Below are positions 46,091-56,531 of a DNA stretch of 64,000 bases, piece after piece. Position 1 is the stretch's first letter, and the number at the start of each line of letters is the position of its first letter. The DNA is from an uncultured Granulosicoccaceae bacterium (GTDB lineage: Bacteria; Pseudomonadota; Gammaproteobacteria; Granulosicoccales; Granulosicoccaceae), in contig CALLOA010000052.1 of the NCBI GenBank assembly GCA_938005265.1, positions 1,408 to 65,407 of the forward strand, in the 5' to 3' direction. The notes beneath the pieces were generated by a model. It made no database searches, had not been told where the DNA came from, and was given only the letters and a program-made list of their open reading frames with translations. The position numbers were made by a program, and so were the translations under genes.

Positions 46091-46962
46091 TGGAGCATTC
46101 GAATAACATTCAAGCCTGCGAAGTTCTGAACAGGCAGATACTGGGTGAGCTGTATGCGGCTAACGTGTGTGCTGTAGCCATGCCGGTTGCCGATCACCGT
46201 ACAGAACTGGGTGCGCTGGAATCACGGTCAGTTTCACGCATGGTCGATAAACGTCTGAAGGAGTTTTCCACGGGTCGCTTTTGTGCGCATGAAGCAGCGC
46301 GGGCGTTAGTGCAAACGACTGACGGCCGACCGGCTGTGGCAAATCTGGATGCGCATGGCCGGGAAATACCGAAGGCGTGGGATATAGCGGTTGGTCCGGA
46401 ACGAGAGCCTTGTTGGCCCGCTGATATCCGGGGCAGTATTACACACACCAGGCAAATCGCAGCAGCCGTGGTGACCAACGACCCCGCGTGCTACTCCCTG
46501 GGGCTCGATATTGAGCCGCTGCAACGTCTTGAGCAAGGAGTGATGAAAATCATTGCCGACCAGGATGAGTTGGCGGCAGCTTGTCTATTGCTTGAACAGC
46601 AGTTAAAGGCCGCGGATGACACAGTATTCGGGCAGGTGCAAGCCATGCCCGATACTGCAGCTTGTGTCGTGTTCAGTGCCAAGGAGAGTATTTTCAAATG
46701 TCTGTTTCCGGTGTACCGGCACTGGCTTGATTTTAGTGAAGTAAAGGTGTTGTTGAAGGAATTGTCAGTGACCAAAATAACTCCGGCCACAACCGCAGCT
46801 ACCGATGTAAGCGGTGCTGATGGCATTGAGTGCTGGCGCGGACATTTTGTGGCAGAGGTTGCCGGAGGCTGTGCCACAGCGATTGATGTCGGGCCACTGA
46901 GGGGCCAATTCGCCGTATTGCATGGCCTGGTCATCACAACAGCTGAGCTATCCGAGCATTAG
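46090..46962 (+). CDS. 4-prime-phosphopantetheinyl transferase, EntD/Sfp type
   Basis: 290 aa. The ATG overlaps the upstream TGA by 1 nt (TGATG). Motifs are WPADIRGSITHT and FSAKESIFK. Confidence 0.75.
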   Translation: MEHSNNIQACEVLNRQILGELYAANVCAVAMPVADHRTELGALESRSVSRMVDKRLKEFSTGRFCAHEAARALVQTTDGRPAVANLDAHGREIPKAWDIAVGPEREPCWPADIRGSITHTRQIAAAVVTNDPACYSLGLDIEPLQRLEQGVMKIIADQDELAAACLLLEQQLKAADDTVFGQVQAMPDTAACVVFSAKESIFKCLFPVYRHWLDFSEVKVLLKELSVTKITPATTAATDVSGADGIECWRGHFVAEVAGGCATAIDVGPLRGQFAVLHGLVITTAELSEH

Positions 46963-47219
46963 TTGGCTGTGCGGTTGTTTAATTCGCCGGCTTGCTGGAG
47001 CTAAAAAATGATGTGTGTTGGCATGTGATCTGCCGCGCCTATAGTCAAATCACCCCGACGGAAGCGCTTAGGCTTCAGGTAAACTACATTGTTGCTGATC
47101 GTCCACCCATCCGGTTGCGTAAAAACACCAGTTTCCAATGCATATAGACGATCGACTCCGACCTGATTGTCGGGAGGCGGCCAACACTACCCGGATTGCA
47201 TAGAAAGGATAAGAAATAC

Positions 47220-48281
47220 ATGACCGAATTGACTGCACAACAGCCGACTGCACAACAGCCGACTGATAAACAGCCCGGTATCACGCTCACTGCGCGTGAG
47301 GTATTCGGTATTGATTCGGACATGAAAGTCACGGCCTTTGCGGAACCGGATGAGCATGTCCCTCAGATCGATGAAGCCTACCGTTTCAATACAGATGTGA
47401 CTCTGGCGATCCTTTCGGGTTTTCAGTTTAACCGCCGGGTTCTGATTCAGGGTTATCACGGTACCGGCAAATCAACCCATATTGAGCAGGTAGCAGCGAG
47501 ACTGAACTGGCCCACGGTAAGGGTCAATCTTGATGGTCACATTACCCGTCTTGACCTGGTGGGTCGGGACGCCATCGTTTTACAGGACGGCCAGCAGATA
47601 ACGGAATTTCGCGAAGGCATTCTTCCTTGGTCATTGCAGCGACCCATGGCTCTGGTGTTTGATGAATTTGATGCAGGGCGTCCTGACGTCATGTTTGTTA
47701 TTCAGCGTATCCTTGAGCAAGACGGGAAATTTACTCTGCTTGACCAGAACCGGGTACTGACGCCACACAAATGGTTCCGCCTTTTTGCGACAGCAAATAC
47801 CATTGGTTTAGGTAATCTCGACGGTTTGTACCACGGCACCCAGTTACTGAACCAGGCGCAGATTGATCGCTGGAACATAGTTGCACGTCTTGATTACATG
47901 ACAACCGATGAGGAAGTGGAAATTGTGCTTTCCCGCGTGCCGTCATTGCGTGGCCGCAGCGATGGTGAAACACTGGTGAAATCAATGGTTGCTGTCGCTC
48001 AGATGACGCGCAGCGGATTTGCGTCCGGTGACGTATCTACCTTGATGTCGCCTCGAACGACAATTCACTGGGCAGAAAATATGGATATTTTCGATAACCT
48101 TGAAAGTTCATTTCGATTGTCATTCCTGAATAAATGTGATCCCGCTGAGCATTCGATCGTGGCTGAATACTTCCAGCGTGCTTTTAATCGGGAGCTTGAC
48201 GAATCCATTGCTTTGCAGGAATCAGCTAATGATGATGTTGCCGGCAGTGATGACGGCAGTGCTATCACTGCTGCACCGTAG
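47220..48281 (+). CDS. CobS-like MoxR-class AAA+ ATPase
   Basis: 353 aa from ATG 47220 with Walker A GYHGTGKST and Walker B LVFDEFDAGRPD. The N-terminus carries in-frame 15-bp repeats at 47232-47276 encoding TAQQP TAQQP TDKQP. Confidence 0.8.
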   Translation: MTELTAQQPTAQQPTDKQPGITLTAREVFGIDSDMKVTAFAEPDEHVPQIDEAYRFNTDVTLAILSGFQFNRRVLIQGYHGTGKSTHIEQVAARLNWPTVRVNLDGHITRLDLVGRDAIVLQDGQQITEFREGILPWSLQRPMALVFDEFDAGRPDVMFVIQRILEQDGKFTLLDQNRVLTPHKWFRLFATANTIGLGNLDGLYHGTQLLNQAQIDRWNIVARLDYMTTDEEVEIVLSRVPSLRGRSDGETLVKSMVAVAQMTRSGFASGDVSTLMSPRTTIHWAENMDIFDNLESSFRLSFLNKCDPAEHSIVAEYFQRAFNRELDESIALQESANDDVAGSDDGSAITAAP

Positions 48282-48293
48282 GGTCGAATTACC

Positions 48294-50051
48294 TTGCAGT
48301 TCATCGATCCGGCAAAAGCCGCTGCCATTGAGGCTCGCGCCCGGGCCCGAACCCGTCGTGTCGAGCGACATACGGCAGCCAGTTTACGTGCGTTGGCACA
48401 GCAGCCATCTGCCGAGTACAAGAGTAACCGTGTGCTGGTTGCCGGCGAACCCTTACGTTTTGCAGCGCCTTATCTGGTGGCTGATATTGAAAACCTGACA
48501 TTGCCGCAATCACGCGGTGTCGCGGACGCATTGGCGCTGCGTTTACGCTACAGCAACGCACAATTGCATCGTGAATTGCAGCCTCTGGAGCCACTGGCTC
48601 GCGTTATTTTCGATATTCTCGAACAGCTGCGCGCCGAGTCGCTGGCTGCTGATTCCATGCCTGGTTTGCGCGATAACCTGAATGCGGCCTTTGATCGCTG
48701 GTGTAGTGAGGCCCGTCAGAACGGTTTTGCGGAATCTGATTTGGGAATCCTGCTCTACACGCTGATTCATATGGTGAGGGCGCGGTTGATCCGCAACGTC
48801 GATAATGAAGATGTAGCTGCATTGATTGAAGCTACTCGCGCCAACATTGCACCACTGATCGGTACGCCTTTCTACCAATTGCCCAAAACGCGCGAGCGGC
48901 AACGCGATTATGCTGTGCATGCTGTGGCGATTGCCAACAGTCTGGCTGAATTGGTTGACCATGCAGAAGCCGCGCAGGACAACAAGACAAAACGACAGCA
49001 AAGACAGCTTGCCGCCTTGCCACCAGATTGGGATTTGCAGGAATCTCCGGACGAGCACGGTGAAGGTGGTGGCAAGGCTGTTGCGTCTTCTGAAGCTGAC
49101 GAGCTTGAGCTGGAAAATGCGGGTGACTACCACGTTTTCACACGTGAGTTTGATCAACAGGTAACACCGGATTCGCTATATCCGCACGCGCGTCTGAAAA
49201 GGTATCGACATCAGTTGGATCGTCTGGTAGCCGCACAATCAGTCAGTGTAAATCGACTGGCCTTCAGAATGCAGAGACTCTTTGCAACATTGCAGGATGA
49301 TGACTGGCACTTTGGCCAGGAAGAAGGCTGGCTGGATGCACGCCGTCTGACCCAGCTGGTGGCAACGCCATCGTACCGGCAGGTGTACTACCGCAACCGG
49401 CAAGTACCCCAGAGCGATGTGGTGGTGAGCTTCCTGATCGATACCTCGGGGTCGATGAAAACGCAACGTTACGAGGCTGTTGCGACTCTGGTTGATACGT
49501 ATTCCAGAGCACTGGAGCTTGCCGGTATCAAGTCCGAGGTACTTGGTTTTTCGACTGCCGGATGGAATGGCGGGCGGGTGATGGATGCATGGCGTCGGGC
49601 CGGCGAGCCTGACGATCCCGGGCGCCTTAATGAATTGCAACACATTGTCTATAAAAGCGCTGATAGCACCTGGCGGCAGTCCCGGCTGACCATAGCCGCC
49701 ATGATGGAAACACTTCATTATCGCGAAGGTATTGATGGTGAGGCGCTATTGTGGGCCTACAAGCGCCTGCAGGCACGCGGTGAAACACGCCGCTACCTTG
49801 TCATGGTATCTGATGGAGCACCGATGGACGCCGCAACCGGAAACAGTAATCGCGAAGGGTTCCTGCTCGATCACCTGGTCGCAGTTGCCGAGCATATTGA
49901 CAGACGCTCGCCCGTACATATCGGCTGCATCAGCGTAGATCTGGATACCAGCCATTTCGTCACCAATTCTGTGTCGGCCGATTTGCGTGGCACACTGGGA
50001 AATACGACCTACCGTTTGCTTGATCAACTCTTTAGCAGTCGCCGGCACTGA
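48294..50051 (+). CDS. CobT-like vWA-domain protein (paralogue of 123-2054)
   Basis: 585 aa with a TTG start 12 nt after the CobS-like stop (start uncertain). The vWA MIDAS is DTSGSM, followed by VSDGAP. It shares YxVFTREFD and [10 protein letters not shown] blocks with the first CobT-like protein and has a much shorter acidic tract. Confidence 0.75.
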   Translation: MQFIDPAKAAAIEARARARTRRVERHTAASLRALAQQPSAEYKSNRVLVAGEPLRFAAPYLVADIENLTLPQSRGVADALALRLRYSNAQLHRELQPLEPLARVIFDILEQLRAESLAADSMPGLRDNLNAAFDRWCSEARQNGFAESDLGILLYTLIHMVRARLIRNVDNEDVAALIEATRANIAPLIGTPFYQLPKTRERQRDYAVHAVAIANSLAELVDHAEAAQDNKTKRQQRQLAALPPDWDLQESPDEHGEGGGKAVASSEADELELENAGDYHVFTREFDQQVTPDSLYPHARLKRYRHQLDRLVAAQSVSVNRLAFRMQRLFATLQDDDWHFGQEEGWLDARRLTQLVATPSYRQVYYRNRQVPQSDVVVSFLIDTSGSMKTQRYEAVATLVDTYSRALELAGIKSEVLGFSTAGWNGGRVMDAWRRAGEPDDPGRLNELQHIVYKSADSTWRQSRLTIAAMMETLHYREGIDGEALLWAYKRLQARGETRRYLVMVSDGAPMDAATGNSNREGFLLDHLVAVAEHIDRRSPVHIGCISVDLDTSHFVTNSVSADLRGTLGNTTYRLLDQLFSSRRH

Positions 50052-50222
50052 AAAAGCGGGCGTTAGTGCCATTCGCGATTAGCACAGGATCGGGGCCGAA
50101 TAGTCAGACGAGGACGGCAGTTCATCAGCAGTTTTTTCCACAGCACCAGAGTGCTGCGCTATCATCTGGTTTGACCCTTGAGTTAGTGCCTAAACAAGCC
50201 GCCGCGGGCGGACCACAATCCC

Positions 50223-52850
50223 ATGGAATATTCAGCGCAAAATTACGACTTCAATCAGCTCGAGAGTGATGTACAAACTCTCTGGGACAGCGAAAATGCC
50301 TTCCGGGTAGTCGAGGACGAGAGCAAGCCCAAGTACTACTGCCTCTGCATGTTGCCGTATCCGAGTGGCAAGCTGCACATGGGGCATGTCCGCAATTACA
50401 CGATAGGTGATGTTGTTTCACGATATAAGCGCATGCAGGGCTTCAATGTTTTGCAACCCATGGGCTGGGATGCCTTCGGGCTGCCCGCTGAGAATGCTGC
50501 AATTGAAAACAACATGCCACCAGCGCGCTGGACCTATCAGAATATCGACTACATGAAGGTCCAGCTCAGGAGTCTGGGATTTGCCTATGACTGGGAACGT
50601 GAAGTCACTACCTGCAGTCCCGAGTATTACCGGTGGGAGCAATGGTTTTTTACCCGTTTGATCGAAAAAGGACTGGCTTATAAAAAGCTCGCTATTGTTA
50701 ATTGGGATCCGATCGAGCAAACAGTGCTGGCTAATGAACAGGTTGATGCTGAGGGCCGTGGCTGGCGTTCCGGTGCTCTGGTTGAACGACGTGAGATTCC
50801 CCAATGGTTTCTGAAAATTACTGACTATGCCGATGAATTACTGTCCGAGATAGATAATCTGGATGGCTGGCCGGATGCTGTCCGGACTATGCAGCGTAAC
50901 TGGATCGGGCGCTCCGAAGGTGTTGAATTTAATTTTGGCGTTGAAAATTCAGAAGATGTTTTGCGCGTCTACACAACGCGGCCGGATACAGTAGCGGGTG
51001 TTACCTACATGGCGGTCGCCGCTGAGCATCCCCTGGCACGCCGCGCCGCTGAGTCGAATCCGGCACTGGCCGAATTTATCGCAGATTGTGGTAAAACCGG
51101 TTCCTCGGAAGCTGCCATTGAAAAAATGGAAAAGCGAGGCATGCCGTTGGGCATTAACGCCATCAATCCGATCAATGGTTCCAAAATTCCTGTCTGGGTA
51201 GGGAATTTCGTATTGATGACTTATGGCACGGGAGCTGTAATGTCAGTGCCTGCCCATGACGAACGTGACTGGGAATTTGCCAAAAAGTACGACCTTCCTA
51301 TTGTTAAAGTCGTGGATTCAACAGATGAAGCCATTGCACCGGTTGACGTGCAAGCCGGGGCCTTTGTGGCCAAGGAAAACACCATTTCAGTAAATTCCGG
51401 TGAGTTTGATGGCCTGGATCTTACTGAGTGCTTTAACGCCACTGCAGCTTATCTGGTTGCCAATGCTGCAGGAGAGCGCAAGGTAAATTACCGGTTGCGT
51501 GATTGGGGTGTATCGAGGCAGCGATTTTGGGGTTGTCCCATCCCGGTGATATATGATGAGGCCGGGGAGGCGCATGTTGTACCCGAAGAGGATTTACCGG
51601 TCGTCCTGCCAGAGGACGTTGAATTTTCCGGTGTCAAATCTCCTATCAAGGAAGACCCTGATTTTTACCAGACGATAGTGCCGGGAAGCTCAAGCCCCGG
51701 TATACGTGAGACCGATACCTTTGACACTTTTTTTGAATCCAGCTGGTACTACGCGCGTTACTGTTGCCCGGATGCAAACAGTATGCTGGACGAGCGTGCA
51801 CGTTACTGGTTACCTGTAGATCAGTATATCGGGGGTATTGAGCATGCAGTGCTCCACTTGTTGTATGCGCGCTTTTTCCACAAACTGATGCGCGATGCAG
51901 GGTTGGTGGACAGTGACGAGCCATTCACCAACCTGTTAACACAAGGCATGGTGGTTGCGGAAACCTTTTATCGCGAGGATAACGGCAAGAAAACCTACTA
52001 CGGGCCGAACGATGTTGAACTGCAACTGGATGACAAAGCGCGTATAGCCGGTGCAACACTCAAGGCAGATGGTAAAGCGGTAACCGTCGGCCGCATTGAG
52101 AAAATGTCAAAGTCCAAGAATAATGGTGTCGATCCGCAGGAAATGATTGAACGCTATGGGGCAGATACCGTCAGGCTTTTCTCCATGAGCGATACACCGC
52201 CACACCAGTCGCTTGAATGGAAGGAAGGTGGAGTTGATGGTATGCATCGATTTTTGAAGCGTCTTTGGCGTGGTGTGCATGAGTCTGATTTTACAGCGAT
52301 TGATGTGGCTTCCCCGACTTGGACGGCTGCTCTGCAAGCTGATGATTTGAGCTCTGCTGAGAAAGCCTTACGTCGAAAGACGCATGCAACTATTGCCAAA
52401 GTCACTGATGATTTTGGCAGGCGCTTTACTTTTAATACCGCCATAGCTGCGGTTATGGAGTTGTTCAACGAAGTGTCAAAGCTGAAAGTTGAATCGGCAG
52501 CGGCAGTGGCTGTACGATTTGAAGCCTATCGCGCCATCGTACTGTTGTTAGCGCCTATCACACCACATATCACACAAACCTTGTGGCAAGCGCTTGGTTT
52601 TCAATCTCTGCTAATGGATGAATCATGGCCAACGGCCGATGAGTCCGCCATGCAACAAGACGAGCTTGAGCTGGTTGTTCAGGTTAATGGCAAGCTGCGT
52701 TCAAGAATTTCTGTAGCAGCGACAGCTTCGAAAGATGCGATAGAGGCCGATGCGCTGTCAGATGAAAATGTCAAAAAACATACTGATGGTCAGACCATTC
52801 GCAAAGTTATTGTGGTGCCGGGAAAACTCGTCAATATCGTAGCCAACTGA
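50223..52850 (+). CDS. leuS: Leucine--tRNA ligase
   Basis: 875 aa with HIGH motif HMGHVRNY and KMSKS motif KMSKSKNN. Confidence 0.97.
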   Translation: MEYSAQNYDFNQLESDVQTLWDSENAFRVVEDESKPKYYCLCMLPYPSGKLHMGHVRNYTIGDVVSRYKRMQGFNVLQPMGWDAFGLPAENAAIENNMPPARWTYQNIDYMKVQLRSLGFAYDWEREVTTCSPEYYRWEQWFFTRLIEKGLAYKKLAIVNWDPIEQTVLANEQVDAEGRGWRSGALVERREIPQWFLKITDYADELLSEIDNLDGWPDAVRTMQRNWIGRSEGVEFNFGVENSEDVLRVYTTRPDTVAGVTYMAVAAEHPLARRAAESNPALAEFIADCGKTGSSEAAIEKMEKRGMPLGINAINPINGSKIPVWVGNFVLMTYGTGAVMSVPAHDERDWEFAKKYDLPIVKVVDSTDEAIAPVDVQAGAFVAKENTISVNSGEFDGLDLTECFNATAAYLVANAAGERKVNYRLRDWGVSRQRFWGCPIPVIYDEAGEAHVVPEEDLPVVLPEDVEFSGVKSPIKEDPDFYQTIVPGSSSPGIRETDTFDTFFESSWYYARYCCPDANSMLDERARYWLPVDQYIGGIEHAVLHLLYARFFHKLMRDAGLVDSDEPFTNLLTQGMVVAETFYREDNGKKTYYGPNDVELQLDDKARIAGATLKADGKAVTVGRIEKMSKSKNNGVDPQEMIERYGADTVRLFSMSDTPPHQSLEWKEGGVDGMHRFLKRLWRGVHESDFTAIDVASPTWTAALQADDLSSAEKALRRKTHATIAKVTDDFGRRFTFNTAIAAVMELFNEVSKLKVESAAAVAVRFEAYRAIVLLLAPITPHITQTLWQALGFQSLLMDESWPTADESAMQQDELELVVQVNGKLRSRISVAATASKDAIEADALSDENVKKHTDGQTIRKVIVVPGKLVNIVAN

Positions 52851-52866
52851 TAGTGACGCTAGTCAC

Positions 52867-53775
52867 ATGCCGAGTGCAATTCGCAAGATATTTGATAACG
52901 CCTATCTTTTACTAATATTGGCAACACTCGCCTGGGGTGGTAACGCTGTTGCCGGCAAAATGGCCGCAGGCGATTGGCTACCGTTTTCCATAACCAGTTT
53001 ACGCTGGTTGTTGGTTTTGCTTCTATTGTTGCCGTTTGTCTATTCCCACTTGCTGGCTGAGCGGCAAACCCTGATCGCGAACGCAGCAAAAATGTTTGCA
53101 TTAGGTGGCTTGGGTATGGGTGGTTTTAATCTGGGTATGTACCTGGCATTGAATTACACCAGTGCGATCAACGTCAGCATCGAACAAGCATCAATGCCCT
53201 TGGTGATATTGTTTTTAAATTTCATGTTGCTGCGCCAGCGCGTGCTTTGGCAGCAACTGTGCGGGCTTGCTGTAGCAATTGGTGGTGTCTGGTTGACCAC
53301 GACACGTGGCCAGCCGCTGGCATTATTCGAGTCGGGGCTTAATCGCGGTGATGCGATTATGCTTGGCGCTTGCGTGCTATATGCAAGCTATTCAGTGGGT
53401 CTTCGCTGGAAGCCAAAAGTAAGTTGGCAGAGTTTTATGTTTTGTCTTGCCTTGTGTGCATTTCTGGTTTCAGTACCATTTACAGCCTACGAACTTTGGC
53501 ATCAGGATCACCCGGCTTTGCAGGCTGTCGATTGGCTGGTGCTGGCTTATGTTGTTATTTTTCCGTCATTGCTGTCACAACTGTTTTTCGCACGCGGGGT
53601 GGAGCTGATAGGTGCCAACAGAGCAGGGCAGTTTATCAATCTGGTGCCTATCTTTGGTGCGGCGCTGGCGGTTATTGTGCTGGGTGAGCAGTTCCGCTGG
53701 TATCATGCCGTTGGGCTGCTGCTGGTTCTAATAGGGATAGGCTTGGCTGAGCGGCGCTTTAGCCGAGAGTCCTAA
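52867..53775 (+). CDS. EamA/DMT-family transporter
   Basis: 302 aa with about 10 hydrophobic helices and duplicated EamA-type halves. It starts 16 nt after the leuS stop. Confidence 0.8.
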   Translation: MPSAIRKIFDNAYLLLILATLAWGGNAVAGKMAAGDWLPFSITSLRWLLVLLLLLPFVYSHLLAERQTLIANAAKMFALGGLGMGGFNLGMYLALNYTSAINVSIEQASMPLVILFLNFMLLRQRVLWQQLCGLAVAIGGVWLTTTRGQPLALFESGLNRGDAIMLGACVLYASYSVGLRWKPKVSWQSFMFCLALCAFLVSVPFTAYELWHQDHPALQAVDWLVLAYVVIFPSLLSQLFFARGVELIGANRAGQFINLVPIFGAALAVIVLGEQFRWYHAVGLLLVLIGIGLAERRFSRES

Positions 53776-53809
53776 GCCGGGTCTGCAAGAGGTATGCAGA
53801 AGCTGTAGG

Positions 53810-53839
53810 GGTCGCCGATCCTGTTCATGATCGGCAACC
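53810..53839. terminator. Hairpin between convergent genes (terminator-like)
   Basis: GGTCGCCGATC-ctgttcat-GATCGGCAACC forms an 11-bp stem with one mismatch. It lies between the EamA stop (53775) and the L,D-transpeptidase stop (53871). Confidence 0.5.
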
Positions 53840-53870
53840 TTGCACAGCTAGACGGCCTGAGCCGTAAAAT

Positions 53871-55643
53871 TTACTGTTCGACCTGTTCAGCAAACACGAC
53901 TGGCTGCAGCTCCCGGAAGTCATTGATCAGCGCATATCGCTGTTCAGATTCAGCTTGCAGTGCTTTTGCCACTCTTTTGTCCTGACCATAGATATCTTCC
54001 CTGAACTGAAGCACTCCATGTTCATCGACCCAGCTGGTGATGTAGACAATATGGTTTTGTATGGGTCGCGACAAATTAATTCTTTTAGTTCGCGTTTTTG
54101 CAAACAGATTGTCAATTTTTTCGCTGTCCCAGCCTTCCTGTGCTAACAGGTGATTGGCCAATTCACGTGGTTCACCTACCCGTACACAACCATGACTAAA
54201 GGCGCGTTTGTTTTTTGCAAACAGCTTTTTAGCTGGCGTATCGTGCAAGTAGATACTGTGCCGATTGGGAAACATGAATTTGACCTTGCCCAAGGCGTTT
54301 GATTTTCCTGCCGGCTGCCTGATGGTGTAGGGGAATTTCTCCTGATTCCAGACATCGGGGCTGAGCGAATCATAGCTGACTTTGGAACCGTCGCTGGTGA
54401 GTAAGTTGTATCCCTTAGCTTGTAAATATCCAGGATTGGCGCGCTCATTTGGAACCAGTTCATTGTTAGTGATACTTCGGGGAACTGTCCAGGTTGGATT
54501 AACCACTATGTGGTCCATCTCAGCACTGAAAACAGGTGTCATATGTTTACGTTTACCGACAACTACCGGCATTTCCAAAGTTGTCTTGCCACCATTAACA
54601 ACCTGCAGGCGATAATCCGGTATATTTGTCACAATATAGCGATCGCCAAAACTCTCCGGCATCCACCGTTGACGTTCTATATTTACCTGTATTTGATCTA
54701 TCCGTTGCTGCACCGATTTGTTCAGTGCGGCAAGCGTTGCCGGCCCTACCAGTCCGTCTGTAACCAGACCATGACGTGCTTGAAAGCGCGTTACTGCGTC
54801 CTGCAGGGAAGCGTCGTAAACACTTGTAGAGCCGTTACTTGATGCCGGATCATAGTCACCGCTAGTACTGAGTCTGCTACGCAGCACGGACACGCGCATT
54901 GAGTCATCGCCGGGCTCAATAGTCGGGCCTTTGGGTATTTCTGGCCAACCGCCGGATTTGTCGATTGCCTGCAAGCGTTTGAGTTCAACCAGTAGTGGTT
55001 TTATCTCACGGTTCTCCTGAGCCAGCTCTGCAATAATCTGTTGCAGGGATCCGGGTTGCAGCTGCAGCAGTTCCCACCAATCATCCGCGTTTACTGTTTT
55101 ATGCTCGGCAAACCAGTAGCGTTGACTCTCGGACGGGGATACGCGACCGTTCTTGATCTCCTCAACCAATAACTTGAATGCTGAGGTCAACAACTGGTCC
55201 ACTTTCAACAAATTGTGTGGGTTGTGTTGACTGATGTTTACGGCACTGGCAAGCCGTCGTGGTGGAACGCCCAGCAATTCACTTAATTCCGCAGCATGCA
55301 ATCTTTCGGGTTCAATGCCAAAACTTTGTGCGTTGGCAATGGTGCCCAACATGTATCTGCCGTTGTCCTTGAGACCGGAACTGTTTACCCAGGGCGAGCG
55401 GTATTGACGTTTTTGTTCCTTGGATACACTTTGCGGTTGCTGCGACAAACCCGCAATGAGTTGTTTGTCAACAGTCGCGTTGCTGTTAGCCGTAGTTGCG
55501 GCTGTTGCAACCTGAGCACATGCCAGTAAAAGGCTTGCAGTCAGACCAATATGGCAAAACTGTGAGGTCGATATTATTGACCAGCGTGATGATGACTTGT
55601 TGGGCCGGGTGGGTGGTTCCGGCCATAGATTCCTTTGGCGCAT
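53871..55643 (-). CDS. L,D-transpeptidase, YcbB/LdtD-like, with peptidoglycan-binding domain
   Basis: 590 aa with a PG_binding_1-like segment (AVTRFQARHGLVTDGLVGPATLAALN) and the YkuD catalytic motif YLHDTPAKKLFAKNKRAFSHGCVRV. Confidence 0.85.
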   Translation of the reverse strand: MRQRNLWPEPPTRPNKSSSRWSIISTSQFCHIGLTASLLLACAQVATAATTANSNATVDKQLIAGLSQQPQSVSKEQKRQYRSPWVNSSGLKDNGRYMLGTIANAQSFGIEPERLHAAELSELLGVPPRRLASAVNISQHNPHNLLKVDQLLTSAFKLLVEEIKNGRVSPSESQRYWFAEHKTVNADDWWELLQLQPGSLQQIIAELAQENREIKPLLVELKRLQAIDKSGGWPEIPKGPTIEPGDDSMRVSVLRSRLSTSGDYDPASSNGSTSVYDASLQDAVTRFQARHGLVTDGLVGPATLAALNKSVQQRIDQIQVNIERQRWMPESFGDRYIVTNIPDYRLQVVNGGKTTLEMPVVVGKRKHMTPVFSAEMDHIVVNPTWTVPRSITNNELVPNERANPGYLQAKGYNLLTSDGSKVSYDSLSPDVWNQEKFPYTIRQPAGKSNALGKVKFMFPNRHSIYLHDTPAKKLFAKNKRAFSHGCVRVGEPRELANHLLAQEGWDSEKIDNLFAKTRTKRINLSRPIQNHIVYITSWVDEHGVLQFREDIYGQDKRVAKALQAESEQRYALINDFRELQPVVFAEQVEQ

Positions 55644-55864
55644 AAGTTTCTACTTCTTGTTATTGTTGTAGCACCGCAGTAATTGGTGAGCCATGTGGAC
55701 AGCCAGAGGCGATGCTTGAGATCTCTATCCATGTTGATGCGGTTACAGGGAGGGTATCGACGTTGCAAAAATTTGCTTAATGCACAATACAACCGCAGAT
55801 TGACGATATGTTGCCGAATTCACAGTTCGACATAATTCAAAGACAAAGAAGAGACGTGGCTTCT

Positions 55865-55888
55865 GGGCGGTTTAAAGGGCGGTTTAAA
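55865..55888. repeat. 12-bp tandem duplication (GGGCGGTTTAAA x2)
   Basis: A perfect duplication in the intergenic region between the PLD-like gene and the L,D-transpeptidase gene. Confidence 0.85.
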
Positions 55889-55991
55889 AAAGAAGCCGGA
55901 ATTGCTGGTTGGGAGTGCGGAAAGTTGGTCTAAATTGGAGCCAGCAAGAGTAGCTGTGCAGGGTGCTTAGGGGTCTGCTAAAACTGTCGTG

Positions 55992-56531
55992 CTATGTGTT
56001 TTCAGAACGCTCAATAATTGGATCCGGGCAATATTCACGGCGCTTGCAGGTGATGCAATGCTCGCCCAGATAGAGCGTATCGACCCAGTTCATCAATTCC
56101 TGGATATCCTTGCGATCATCGAACATGAATCCAGCCTCGAAATTCCGTTTGTCGTCGGACTTGGCTCCCAGACCGGCGCCAGTGAGGTTTGCCGAACCGA
56201 CAAATGCCAGATGACCATCAATGATAATTGCCTTTGTATGCACTCTGGGGCAGAGCACACGTTCAAATAATTCACTGTTTATCAGCTCAGGATAGTTATC
56301 AAAATCTTCACGAAATCGTGGTCCTGGCTCCTTTGCGTGTATCAGTCTAACGGCGACACCGTCACTGACAAGATTCGCCAACAACTCCAGGAAAGGCGCG
56401 AAGCGGCCATTAACATCAACGTGCAGGTCCTTGATGTCTGCAGTGATAATCCACAGAAAACGACGCGCCAGGGGTACCTGCTCGTGCATGAATTCCGTGT
56501 AAATATCCCTGTTGAGCAGCAACTTATGCAT
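55992..56531 (-). CDS. Single-HKD phospholipase D superfamily protein (Nuc-like) with C-terminal Cys cluster
   Basis: 179 aa from the first ATG (56531). The longer TTG-initiated ORF to 56633 would place its start 11 nt from the lptE ATG. It has the HKD motif RVHTKAIIIDGHLAFVGSANLTG and the C-terminal segment GEHCITCKRREYCPDP. Confidence 0.65.
   Translation of the reverse strand: MHKLLLNRDIYTEFMHEQVPLARRFLWIITADIKDLHVDVNGRFAPFLELLANLVSDGVAVRLIHAKEPGPRFREDFDNYPELINSELFERVLCPRVHTKAIIIDGHLAFVGSANLTGAGLGAKSDDKRNFEAGFMFDDRKDIQELMNWVDTLYLGEHCITCKRREYCPDPIIERSENT

Noticed and set aside
46963-47219. Possible cobalamin riboswitch ahead of the CobS/CobT-like pair (the region 51-122 was also inspected)
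   Set aside because: I could not find B12-box-like or other conserved cobalamin-riboswitch segments by eye. A covariance-model scan would be needed to be certain.
48543-49157. Long antisense or alternate-frame ORFs inside well-supported genes (e.g. 48543-49157, 19048-19590, 9408-9935, 40187-40703, 643-1173, 24113-24586, 46491-46937)
   Set aside because: Each is fully embedded in a gene with strong family motifs. Each has Arg/Cys/Pro/Ser-rich composition typical of out-of-frame translation of coding DNA, with no independent signals.
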